A stretch of DNA of 32,685 nt. Origin: Octopus bimaculoides. Its lineage: Eukaryota. The stretch covers positions 79,867,908 through 79,900,592 of the forward strand of contig NC_068991.1 of assembly GCF_001194135.2 (NCBI RefSeq). The letters run 5' to 3'. This document shows, piece by piece, positions 11,778 to 23,437 of the stretch (the first letter of the stretch is position 1; the number at the start of each line of letters is the position of its first letter). Made by a program: the position numbers and the translations under genes. A model generated the notes under the pieces. That model saw only the letters and a program-made list of their open reading frames with translations, was not told the DNA's origin and made no database searches.

Positions 11778-11815
<38 letters not shown>

Positions 11816-11852
11816 ACGCGCACGCGCACGCACACACACACACACACACACA
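11778..11852. repeat. (CA)n with (CG) interruptions
   Basis: Alternating purine-pyrimidine tract; lies just upstream of the maT remnant's 5' end. Confidence 0.95.
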
Positions 11853-12014
11853 TAAAAGTAAGACCCAAGGGTCAGGATGAAGGAAGATAGTAAGCTTCGA
11901 GCAGGCCGTAGAAGGTAGATTCGAACGTAAATATGATAATCTCTTTTTTTTCTTCACATTGGATCGATATTTTCTTCAACGGCGAATGTGTTCATAACGC
12001 AATATTGGGTGGAT

Positions 12015-12285
12015 GCGTGTGTGTGTGTGTGTGTGTGTCAGTGTGTCAGTGTGTCAGTGTCTGTATGAAAATAAATAAATGACGAGGGGACAGAAATGTA
12101 CAGTTATGCGTGTTTAGTCATCACCTGTATGTATGTATGTATATGTTTGTATGCATATATGTGTATATATATATGTATGTGTGTGTATGCACTTGTGTGT
12201 GTGTGTGTGTCTGTGTGTGTTTGAGTGTGTGTGTGACTGTGTGTGTGAGTGTGTGCATGTATACGTGTGAGTTTGTGTGTGTGTA
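12015..12285. repeat. Compound (GT)n/(GTAT)n low-complexity region
   Basis: Direct reading. Confidence 0.85.
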
Positions 12286-12659
12286 AACAGAGATTTTTTA
12301 TGCGATTCGATGGTTCAAATCTCGTTTAGCCTCTGACTTTAGACCTTACTAAATTTTAATTTCGCTGAAGAAATCAAAAGTGTGTACTGTCATGAACAAA
12401 ATGCATTGTTAGTGGTCAGAAATGCATGACCCTTTTACCATTCCTGAGGTCGTTAATATTCTGACAAGATTCGTCTCACTGTATAAACATGTAAAAGTCT
12501 GAAGTATTCTCTGTATTATTTCGCTAAGGAAAATGATTCCTTTAACATTCAGAGTTGGAGAAACGAATATTTCATTTCAAACAACAATGTAGATAAGTGA
12601 GAAGTTGTTCTTAGTTTAGAAATCCAAAGTAGAAGTTTAAAATGGAAGGGGAGCTTCTC

Positions 12660-12718
12660 TGTGTGTGTGTGTGTGTGCGTGTGCGTGTGCGTGCGTGCGC
12701 GTGTGTGTGTATGTGTGT
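12660..12718. repeat. (GT)n/(GC) microsatellite
   Basis: Direct reading. Confidence 0.9.
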
Positions 12719-12949
12719 TTAAATGAAAAGAACAAATGTGTATCCAAGAACACAATATAAATAATAAGAGCCACTGAAGTAAAGATTTGATTATTCAACC
12801 TTTGAAGCAATTAATTAGAATGAACAACGGGCAAACCAATAAAGGAAGAAATTAAACTACTGGAGGCAAGAGGTGGGTAGGAAGGACGAGTTGTACAAAT
12901 AGTATCTCGCCAAATAGTTAACATATTTAACAAACTAGAAGTCAAAACT

Positions 12950-12986
<37 letters not shown>

Positions 12987-12993
12987 GCTACTA
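12950..12993. repeat. (CTA)n microsatellite
   Basis: Direct reading. Confidence 0.95.
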
Positions 12994-13499
12994 AGAAGAA
13001 GTTTGTGCAAACTACAGTAAAGCGGAAAATAAAATAGATTACGTTACATTTAATGTTCGTAATTAGAAAACAACCAAATGCTGTGAATTCAGAAAAAAAA
13101 TATACATGAATTGATAAAGCAGGGAAATCAATTTATAAACATTATAAGATTTGAAATCGCATTACTTTTTTATCACAAGCATTGGACAAAGTAAAAATAA
13201 TTAATACAATTATGAAAGAAATATAACAATAACAATATACCAAGCCAGCCGCCATCATTGATTTGTTAAGAGACGAAAAACAAATACAATAAAACATAAA
13301 CAAACTATATTTACTTAATTTATACCATTTATTATGATTAAACTAGGTTGATGCAGCAGATAACATTAACACATGTTGTATTACACATACGCAGATATGA
13401 TAAATCTTCAAATATTTGCTTTTGTTTACAAGTGTGACTAAGAATTCGTGTACATATTTGTATTTAATCGAAATCACTGGGAAATATCACAGAATAATC

Positions 13500-13655
13500 G
13501 AAGGTGGTTTAGGAGCGTTGTTAAGATATCGATCACAATGGCTGATAATCTTTAGTTAATTTTATTTCTGAGTTGTGAGTTCTAATCGCACCGAGAGAAA
13601 CTTTGTATTACCTTCTTCCAAGGTCAATAACATATAACTAATACGTACTAATGGT
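13500..13655 (+). mobile_element. Highly degraded SINE (major family)
   Basis: GAAGGTGG head, GAGTTCTAATCGCACCGAG B-box-like segment, AACTTTG, CCTTCTTCCAAGGTCAATAA. Confidence 0.45.
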
Positions 13656-14249
13656 AAGATTAATAGACTAAACGTGTCCCCGGTGTCGTGATCCTGTGAG
13701 TTGTCGTAACGTTTTGGTTCGATATGATGCAGGCTTGAAACTATGAATAGACGATGAATAACTCTTGAAATGAATGCAGTAGAAAAGTGGATATGTCAGC
13801 CGGTAAAGCAATCGATGGTATGAGTTCATTTTTCGTCTATTCTTGTGGAGGAGAAAAGGAATCTTGCATTTTCTCTCTCTTGATTTGTCTCAGGACTAAT
13901 GCGCGTGTGCGTGTGTATGTATGTGTGTGTGCGTTTATTTAAATACACATACACATACATATTTCGGGAGTATTTGATTTTTCTTGTTAAAACACACACG
14001 CATTATATATTATTAGTTCTTCACTCGTTTATTATTTTCTTATTTTATCCTATGTCCATTGTCCGGAAATCTTTAGACGCACACTTCTGACCTCTTCAGC
14101 GCCCATTTCCGATGAGTCCATTTGGCAAGGAAAACAATAACCATCCCGAAATATGACAATATCTGTTCCAACACACGATTTCACATGGGAATCTTACACA
14201 CCAAATTCATAAATCTATCTATTTGTCTATCTATCTATCTATCATATAT

Positions 14250-14259
14250 NNNNNNNNNN
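14250..14259. other. 10-N placeholder gap
   Basis: N run following (CTAT)n. Confidence 0.98.
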
Positions 14260-14949
14260 TATACAGCAATAAGAAAATATATATATACAAAGTTGGAATT
14301 TACAAAAAAGAAACAAACAAAACAAAAGACGAAGGTGCGTGTTTTAACAAGAGAGAGTTGGAGGGAGATAAACATGAGCAATAAAAGGAAGAATTATGAA
14401 AAGAACAAGAGAAAAGAGATGGAAAGATAGAGAAAATCTAAAGGTTATACTCAGAATTAAGACATCTCATAAAATAAAGTTTGTAGAAGATGGTGCAATT
14501 AGAGTTATAGCATATCACTATTCCTGTGATATCCTAAATCATTGAAATTCTGATTATAGTTATATAACTATTCATGTTTAAGTCCCTCCGGATATTTTTT
14601 TTCTAATTTTAACTTTATTCTCTCTAGCATTCATTCTCTTCTACCTACTCTAATATTTCTTCTTGTTTCTCATTGTTTAATTTTTACATTATATTACCTC
14701 ACCTCCTCATGGTATCATCGACACGCTCAATTGCTCACAATGTCTTAAGGCCGTCAAAAGGTCACCGGCCACTTATTTAAAGTGGAATGCTTACATTGTT
14801 TCTTTTCTTCGTTCCTCTCTTCTTTCTGTCAATAAACTCAGCTTGATATTCCGCCTTTACAACATCTTCCTATGAGATGTCACGACTAGTCTGATTCTTT
14901 TTAATTCATTATATCCTTTTCATATTTCTTCTACCTTTCTTTTTCTTTA

Positions 14950-15059
14950 TACATACATACATACATACATACATACATGCATGCATGCATGCATACATAC
15001 ATACATACATATATATATATAAACAAATAGTATATATATATATATATATAAACAAATAG

Positions 15060-15091
<32 letters not shown>

Positions 15092-15105
15092 TGTATATAT
15101 ATATA
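14950..15105. repeat. Compound (TACA)n-(TGCA)n-(TA)n-(TGTA)n microsatellite with internal duplication
   Basis: AAACAAATAG occurs twice (15021-15030, 15050-15059) between (TA)n runs; the outer arms are reverse complements. Confidence 0.9.
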
Positions 15106-15429
15106 CATACAGGGAGAGAGAGAAAGCATGAGGTACAAACTAGCATATTTAGAGTTATAATCTTTTTCTAAGTTACTTGGACAATATGTGCGTGTGTATG
15201 TATTTATGTATGCATGCATGTATGTTTATACACATACACAGAAAGAGAGAACTTTATTTTTGCTTCGCCAGTTTTATTTATGTTAATGTTTATATAACAT
15301 GTTTTGAAAAATGATACAAATTATATAAAGTCATTTATACGTGTTTGTCCACCTTGTATCTTTATATATTAAGAAAAGAAGTACCATAATGGAAAAAAGC
15401 AAATGGTACCTTGGTTTAAATTGACATAT

Positions 15430-16120
15430 CTAATCACGATAATATTCCCNNNNNNNNNNCCCCATCATTATTGATAACGTAATCTATTTGGTTAATTGTG
15501 GATCCCATGGCTTAAAATTCCTCAGGTCTCAAAGCAAAACGATACTTGGTGTCGTTTTTACCCTCTTCGCAACGCACAGACCGTTTTCTCTCCAGAGTAG
15601 TATTGCGATGACCTGCAATGGTGATAAAGCAGCTTTACTAGAGAAAAGAACCATAATATTTTCCTAAGTTACTCGAACGATACGTAATCATGCATCATCG
15701 TGTAAGAGTAACCCCCCTTTAGGTTTGACTAATCATCGACGCTTTTCTCTGCAAAGCGTCCAATGCTTCTAATTAAGTATTTCCTTTGCAATAAACAGCT
15801 CATGAGAGACGACACCCTTTGTTGGATATGATTATAGAAACCCATTTTTCACAACTTATGATGGGCCTACGCACGAAAGGTCGACATCATGTCTACTCTT
15901 TAATGACGAGCAGACATCTACTGGTCAACTTTCGACACGTTTTATATATGTGATTTATGATCTAAGTATGAGTTAAATTGAACTTCTTCGCTAATTCATG
16001 TGCAGGTTTTCTGAAGCTCAACATGGACAGAACTTGCTTATCCAAATCGAGTGAATCTATGAGAGACAAATTTCCCGAGTAAAACTAACCAGACTGTCGA
16101 AGCCATGTCTGGGCACTTAA
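15430..16120 (-). mobile_element. Mariner (DD34D-type) transposase fossil with deletions and frameshifts
   Basis: Minus strand: LGKFVSH (16079; cf. LGKWVPH), DVCSSL, IISCEKW (15862; cf. IITCDEKW), REKRR*LVKPKGGLLLHDDA*LRIVRVT*ENI (15711; cf. LLLHDNARPH), FALRPEEF..HGIHN*PNR..VINNDG|EYYRD* (mariner C-terminus). Confidence 0.85.
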
Positions 16121-16639
16121 AGCTTCATGTTCATAGATAGAATAACTATTTCTTATCGCTTTCATTGCTGAAGAGGCTTTTTGAATTCAACAAGCGTGTA
16201 GTGTCTTTTAAATGTCTATTCTAAACTTATTTTAAAAGAAGAAAATCGATTGAAATTTAAGCTGCTATGGCGAGAGGTAATCTACAAAGATAGCAGAAAT
16301 TATGAAGATGTAAACATTAATATTTAGTAGTATTACTAGTTATGAAACACGGAGCCAAAATAGGAGAAATTACGATAATCGTAAGTTTATATCATTAGCT
16401 CTTACATACGTTTCTCTATTATACTGGATGTTAAAAGAATGTATGGCTGCCTAAACGCAAAAGAGTATCAGGGAACACTTCATTGGCTTAGAAAACAGAG
16501 GACTAATGGATAGAGAAAATTAGTCCTTTCTAACTTAATATAGAAGAGCGTTCTTTGATGATCCCCTCCGGTTAAGTATCCAATTGCATTGAACACCCAA
16601 CACAGGATCCCAAGTAACTATAATGGTGAAGCCTGCGTG

Positions 16640-17076
16640 GGAATAAGTAATTTAAATTTACGTTTTACCATAAGAGAATTTGACTTTTAGCAGTTGACAT
16701 ATGCCACAAACATATTTTAACTAACCTAAATTTTGCTTATGCCTAAACACTGCTTGGCGCTAGCATTTCGTTATTTTTTCACGATCAGGCGATCTACCGG
16801 CGCAAATCATTTAACGTTGTTGAATGTATTTTACATAAAGTTATTGTCATATGAGTTTCTTTAGAGTTGCCTCTCTTAGGTACAATTCATTTATAAGAAC
16901 CAAGTAGCTTGAAGCATCGACGTCCGGGATTCCTGATAGATGGCAGCAATGATGGAATAAGGTATTTTCACACCTTTTTACCATAAGAAAAATAATTTCT
17001 CTACGGCAACTGCACTGAATTTGCCCTTTAGCAGTTCAAATATGTCACAAAGATATTTTAACTAACCTAAATTTTG
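16640..17076 (+). repeat. Diverged direct duplication (best-conserved 60 bp at 16676-16735 and 17017-17076)
   Basis: 54/60 identical by eye; both copies are preceded by GGAATAAG and TTTTACCATAAGA. Confidence 0.85.
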
Positions 17077-17078
17077 TA

Positions 17079-17163
<85 letters not shown>
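17077..17163. repeat. (GT)n(TA)n(GA)n compound microsatellite
   Basis: Direct reading. Confidence 0.95.
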
Positions 17164-17165
<2 letters not shown>

Positions 17166-18574
17166 TATCCACTGATGAGATACAGAGCCTCTTCGTATCG
17201 AAGACTCATAGTAGTGCACAAAATATTCAAACGTAAAGTCCGATATCTTTACATGGGATCGATTCCACATGGTAAAGAATGGTTATACGAGGGATCAAGT
17301 TGAGCGGGTAGAGAGGCAATTCTGCAGATAAACAAATTAAATATATACATTTTGTTAATATATTAAACACATTAAATATTAATTGCCTCCATTAGGGCCT
17401 CATATTGTGGTAAACTACACCTACCAACATTATTACGGATTTCTGAGCCCCCAGAAACAGCTGTTGGACTAACAACAACTTTCTCCCAGCCCTTCAGTAT
17501 TCTCTGTTGTTTGTACTCTGCCTTGTACAAATACCTTTATATTTATACTTGAAAATTCATCATCTAGAACTCTCCACCTTTTGCTTTCTCTCGTATCATA
17601 ATTATAAAGTCTCTAGAAAGACTTCCGATCGAGAAGATGTCAGATCTTGTAATGCTTGCAGTATTGGACGGGAGGATGGTTTGAAAAAATTCCAAACCTT
17701 TGATATGTTCAATGGCATGTTCAGATGTAAATAAACTGTAGGCGACAGATTTTCCCGGAATGAGATGGGGAATACTATGAGGAAATCCATAGAAATGCTC
17801 ACCTAATCAACCTCTCGCTTCGCCTGACTGTTCATTGTATTAAATATTTAACCTATTCTATTGAGTTAAAATCAACCTAGAATTAACATCGCCGTTTAAG
17901 CTGGCAGGTACATATACTGAGGGTTTCTATTCAAGTTGAATAATTGCTTTACACTTTTCAAAGCAGACAATAAAACTTTGTAGTTTTTGAGTTTCCTCTT
18001 AAAATTAGTTATCTCGGGGATTTAGTTAACTCATACTCACACACACATACACGCACAAACATACAGATACATACAAACACATAAATATAGGGTAAAGGCC
18101 AGACAGAGACAAAGAAATGAGCACACACATGCACTCATAATGCACACATACGTGCTTACAAACGAACAGCGCATGCGTGTCTCGGCCATACTTAGGCGCA
18201 CAACCACACATACAAACAGAAGTGCGCACACTTTTCCCATCTTTCTAGAAATGCTTTACTATTGCTTGCGTCTAACATGTATTTTCATTTTAATGCATTT
18301 TGTAATTAAGTCAATAGATTTATAATTTTATTCTACGTTCTCTATTGGCATTTAGTAATCGCGGAGTGTTTGTTTATTCTTTTATTGTTACCCATTATCG
18401 TTACTTATTCGTTAATAACTTACAAAAATTGTGCTAAACTTTCTTATGCTTAACGTAAATGACAAAACCTGCTAAAAAAAAAAAAGCGTCATGGCATCGA
18501 CAATTTCATTAACGTAATCAAATAAATGTGCTTTCAGTAATTTAAAATCTAAAGACAGATTCACATACTAGATA

Positions 18575-18609
18575 CACTCACATACATACATACATACAAC
18601 CCACTCACG

Positions 18610-18647
<38 letters not shown>

Positions 18648-18702
18648 TATGTATGTGTGTATGTGTGTGTGTGTGTGTGTGTGCGTGTGTGTGTGTGTGT
18701 GT
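18575..18702. repeat. (CA)n-ATTAT-(GT)n inverted microsatellite
   Basis: A CA run abuts its reverse-complement GT run across a 5-nt spacer. Confidence 0.9.
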
Positions 18703-19794
18703 GATGTAAAACACTAATCATCCCTCGTTTTGGGGCCCTTTTCCTAACACTGATATTAAATATTATCGTCCGTTTAGAAAAAAAATCCTATTACATTATT
18801 GTTTAGATTACCAATTTCCACAATCGCAATCTCGACGTTCACAACAATTTTTTTTTTTCCATTTAATTTACGTCGCTTTTTTACATTTAATTATTCTTGC
18901 AATTTTTGAGGGGGGCTTCGTTTTTAATAGGAATTAATTGCCTGAAGGGTTCAGCACTGAAATCTTATTAGTTCCTTTTCTTCGTTGGCTCTTTTTATTT
19001 CCCATTATTTCTGTTTAACCTCTAATCTCTTCGCTCCGATACGATTTTTCTTTCTTAACTCTTACAATCTGCCCTTTGCAATATCTTTCTCCCTCACATA
19101 TGTTTGGGTGTATTCGTTTAATTTACAACCACCTCATCAACTGTTTCCACATCTTCTAGCATCAAAATAAGCGTTTATATTCTAAACGCTATTTACATCT
19201 TCTAATTGATAATGCTAATTTTTAACGTGTTGATAAGAAATTCGCTTCGGTAGTACAAGTTCAATACCACTACATGGGTCTTTAACAGTAGATCAATTAC
19301 ACTCATGAATTCAATTTGGTCGGCCAAAATTGTATAGAATATTATTCCTGTCTTTAGATGTCGGGTCTTAGGCTCTTTTTACCACAACTACCTCGCCCAT
19401 CGATGCTTTTATAAGTATTCACTCCGTAGCAAGCAGTCCAATCGAATAGTGTGTATGAGGAAAACGTCTGACCATGCCCACATCAGTCTCAGAGGCTCTC
19501 TAAACGTTCTCAGATGCTTTTCTTCCTTTCCCCCCACACACACACGCACACAAAACGTATTTTTGGAAAATGACAGCCATACGGATGACAGTTGTCACGA
19601 ATATTAGTAGTTTAGAAAAATATATGGATGACTATCTTGAATTTATGCTTCTGGTTCCAAAACCTGCCAATGTCGATTTTATTTGCAATATATTCATTAA
19701 CCGTTAGGATCGAGTTTAAGTAGTATTAGTCAACGTCAACAAATAGTGACTATAAACAGTTCATAACTTTAATAAATTACTTTTGTAATACTGC

Positions 19795-19913
19795 CTCCAA
19801 AGTTTTACCATTAGGCCAACAAGTTCAGGGAATGAGGTAAGCTGATTATTTCGACACCAGCGCTCTACTGCGACTTTTTTTATCGAGCGCGCTAATGATA
19901 CTGCCAGCTCGCC
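19795..19913 (-). mobile_element. tRNA-derived SINE with central deletion
   Basis: Body AGGCCAACAAG...TCGACACCAG...TTTTATCGA is joined directly to the head GCGCGCTAATGATACTGCCAGCTCGCC. Confidence 0.8.
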
Positions 19914-19950
19914 ATCTTCATCTCTTTCGGTAATATTACTATGGTATTTT

Positions 19951-20158
19951 AGGCGGTGAACTGGCAGAATTATATGCACGCCGGACAAAATGCTTAGTGG
20001 TATTTCGTCCGAGAACAAATTCAGTCGAGGTCAACTTTGCCTTTCATCCTCTCGGGGCCGATAAAATCAACAGCAGTTGATCACATGGTTTCTATGTAAT
20101 CGACTTATTCCCTCCTCCGAAAGTGCTGGCCTCGTACCAACATTTGAAATCAATATTT
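19951..20158 (+). mobile_element. tRNA-derived SINE, near full length (best copy in window)
   Basis: AGGCGGTGAACTGGCAGAAT (A-box-like), CCGGACAAAATGCTTAG, GAGGTCAACTTTGCCTTTCATCCTCTCGGGG, GTAATCGACTTATTCCC, CTGGCCTCGTACCAACATTTGAAATCAATATT. The overall type fits tRNA-derived octopus SINEs (OR/OK families); the exact family is not verified. Confidence 0.9.
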
Positions 20159-20499
20159 ACAATAGAAATCTGAATTCTTCAGTTCTAAACACCAGGTTTT
20201 TCTTGATTTCGCAGGGTAAACAAGATTGTGGTATTTTTGAATTGTTCATGGAATTGTGATTTTATTGTTTGCTTTCAAGTTAGACTGGTGCAAGCAGATC
20301 TCAGTAATAACCGTCGCGTCGTTTACCGAAGTTCACTGTACGTCATAACATATTCTCCAGAAGACTGTCTCCTACAACTCAAACATGTAACATGAACTGG
20401 ATTAGTTGGCCTTTTCAATGTGCTCCATCGAACGTTTAGATATTTCATCGCTGGCTTTATTTTTCTCTGCATCAACCTAACTATTTCTCACGTTCTATA

Positions 20500-20875
20500 T
20501 GAACGTGTGTGCGTATACATATATATTCTTACACAGTTATATATGTATACGCATACATATATATTTACCTACACACATATATATATGTGTGTGTGTGTGT
20601 GTGTGTATAGATATATATTTATATATATAGTGTACATATACAAATATATATTTATATATATATATATCCATGTATACACTCTCATATAAATAATATAAAT
20701 ACATATACAAACATACATATTTGTATAGGTGTGTGACTGTGTATACACATGTATACACACGATATACACGCAATTATATATATATATATATATATACATG
20801 TTCATATATGCATATATGCAGACACACAGATCTGTGCGTGTGTGTATGTGCGTACGCGCGCGCGATGTGTTGTTT
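20500..20875. repeat. Complex TA/CA/GT low-complexity region
   Basis: Direct reading; source of many Y/I/V/C/T/H-rich spurious ORFs. Confidence 0.9.
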
Positions 20876-21809
20876 TGTATATGCCTACTTTTGCGCGTGT
20901 TTGTGCTCATGAGTCTATATTTGATGAAAAGGCGATAGAGACGGGCAGGAAGTAGTAAAGACCACCTGGTCTGCTTTGCCTGATTTCACGCAAGCGTTTA
21001 TCCTTTCATGAATAACGCACAACCTTTCAGTGGAATATCAAAGAGCACTGTGAGTACGATAACAATTGAATTTCTATCGATTTGAAATAATATTGTGGAT
21101 GAAATATCACTGTGTGACATGTCTGAACATTCAGATATCGAAATAATACTTTACAAATATAAACTTTAATTTCTATCCAATCATTTCATCGTATTTGACT
21201 ATGTTTTGTATGGAGAATTTTGATCTTGTTGATATAGCTCATCAGACATATACAGGAATCGAATACGCATTTCGTTTCCATTTAGATTTATAGTTCCACA
21301 CTCACAGGGGAAAATGCTATTCTTCTTCCTTATATTATGAAATATCTTGTTATCGCTTCATTCTTAGAACAGTGAAATTTCATTGTGTCACCTGCAACCT
21401 ATCTCTTTGATATTGGTTCCTCACAACAACACAGAAACTTTCTCTCCTTTACCTTTCTTTCACCACCCCACTTTCTCTCTCTCCCTCTTTTACCCTCTCT
21501 TTGTATGCATGTGGGCGCATACGCGCATATGTGTTGTGAAACAATTCTACGTCTGTTATCCTTGACGTTTTAACTGAATCAGTCTAGAGTTTCGGTTATT
21601 GGCACAACCAATCAGAAACCATCGCAAAAACAAACTACAAATTAGCAAGTGATTCGAGCAGCCGATTAAAGAAAAGAAACGGAGGAAGGGCCAAGATCTA
21701 AGAATGTTTTGAAGTCACAAAGAGAGAGAGTTCCTCAAAAGTATCCCTCGACCTATTCAGTATAACACGAGTAGGTTTCCGTACAAGTAGTTGTCATACA
21801 AAAAGTCGA

Positions 21810-21960
21810 GATAGCTGACTGGCTAAGGTGCCAGGAACGGTGTTCAGAGATTCTGAGCAAAACACTTCATCTCAGATTGTTCTGTGATCGATTCGACTCC
21901 TCACGTGTAAGTGCATCTGTTCAGACAACGTCGATTTGATGGAAGGAATGTGCTAATGAG
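21810..21960 (+). mobile_element. Degraded CORE-like SINE
   Basis: TTCTGAGCAAAACACTTCATCTC...TCTGTGATC...GTGCATCTGTTCAGACAACGTCGATTTGATGGAAGGAATGTGCTAATG matches a recalled octopus SINE body. Confidence 0.5.
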
Positions 21961-22052
21961 CGGAACAAACAATTGATCTCTATGAGCAAATCATTTGTGC
22001 AGTTCGTTCGGCAAAAGCTGAACGCTCATACGTCGTCTTCGACGGCAGAGTA

Positions 22053-22073
22053 CATTATTATTATTATTATTAA

Positions 22074-22104
<31 letters not shown>

Positions 22105-22290
22105 ATTGTTTTTGTTATTATTATTCTTATTATTATTATGATTATCATTATTATTATTAATAATTTATTATTATTATTATTATTATTATTATCATCATCA
22201 TCATCATTGTTAATTATTATTAAAGACGTCACACAGTCCACAATAAACTGAGGTTGTTATGCTAGAGTATAACAGACCGGACCTAGTGGT
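22053..22290 (-). mobile_element. (AAT)n tail (22053-22222) plus a possible 3'UTR of a minus-strand Dong-like element
   Basis: The long (ATT)n is certain. The adjacent minus-strand ACCACTAGGTCCGGTCTG...CTCTAGCATAACAACCTCAG...GTGACGTCTTT resembles a recalled Dong-family 3' end, but no coding sequence is visible. Confidence 0.35.
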
Positions 22291-22529
22291 ATATATATAC
22301 TAATGGTCACATCATTGAATTTTTGAATTTCTGAATTTAAAAAAAAACTTTTCCTTTGTTTTTGTAAGTTTTGCTGTGGTTTTCAGTTTTTGTAATTGTG
22401 CAGCTTGTATATCTTGGCAGGTGCTTACTTCCTTAATTTCTTTTTTATCGTGCACTCAATTGTGTTTTTGCAATAAATGTTATGTTTACATATTCGGGTA
22501 GTCAGGGAGAAAAAGAAAGAATTTTCACA

Positions 22530-22840
22530 CAAAATTGAGCAAAAAGGTTGATACGAAAATAAACCGGAAGGCATCATCGAAAATGATAATGCAAAGATCC
22601 TATGAAATTTTATGATTCAGTGCGACCATGAGATATAGAATAGGAAACCAGACACAGTGTTGAGAAAAGATGCAAACGATGCTGGATCGTAGATATAGCA
22701 TGCCCAGCTTAAAAAAAGTATGCAACAAGGAAGAAAGAAAAGTCGATAGATATAATAGGTTAGCTTGGGAGCTTAAGCAAATATGGTGGCTGAAAAATGT
22801 GGTAGTAGTACGAATAATTGTCGGTGCCCTGGGAACATTC
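22530..22840 (+). mobile_element. E1: R4/Dong-type non-LTR retrotransposon RLE fragment (family A), 3'-truncated
   Basis: YENKPEGIIENDNAKIL*NFMIQCDHEI*NRKPDTVL / EKRCKRCWIVDIACPA*KKVCNKEERKVDRYNRLAWELKQIWWLKNVVVVRIIVGALGT: PD..D..K..Y..L RLE signature, with stops and one frameshift. Confidence 0.9.
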
Positions 22841-22841
22841 T

Positions 22842-23392
22842 GAGGCTGTAACTTGAGGAGAAAATGCAATGACTCTTTGGGACTTTCTAGTACATATAGA
22901 GCGGACCATTAAAGTAAATAAACGCGATATTGTTGTGAAGGACGAAAACAATAAAGTCTTTTTATTGATTGACATAAGCATACCTTGTGATCATAATGTC
23001 TCCGCAAAAAAATTTGATAAACTAAGAAAATATCAAGATTTGCCAATTAAAATCGAAAAAATGTAGCATCTCATGACGGTTACAATACCAGTGATTGCAG
23101 GAGCACTTGGAATAATCAAAAAGGGAACTGAAAACTATTTGAGTGTACTATCTACGCAGGAAGTGCAAAACAATTGTCTTAACTGATATGTCGCTGTGAC
23201 TTTTCTTTCTTTTCAACTTTTCCTTTTTCTCTCAGTCTTCTCTTTTTTCCCATCACATGACTTTGTAGATGAACGATCTGGTGTGTTTATTTTGATGGCC
23301 TATCAACGTATACAGTGAGTTTCTTTGCCCTAGGTGTTGTGAAGACACTCGGCAAGAAATGGAAACAAAATTAGATAATAATAATGACAATA

Positions 23393-23433
<41 letters not shown>
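22842..23433 (+). mobile_element. E2: R4/Dong-type RLE fragment (family B) with 3'UTR and (AAT)n tail
   Basis: EAVT*GENAMTLWDFLVHIERTIKVNKRDIVVKDENNKVFLLIDISIPCDHNVSAKKFDKLRKYQDLPIKIEKM*HLMTVTIPVIAGALGIIKKGTENYL; 3'UTR about 23190-23375; (AAT)n 23375-23433. Confidence 0.92.

Positions 23434-23435
<2 letters not shown>

Positions 23436-23437
<2 letters not shown>

Noticed and set aside
14122-14430. 102-aa Lys-rich ORF
   Set aside because: It crosses (CTAT)n and a 10-N gap and is A-rich low complexity.
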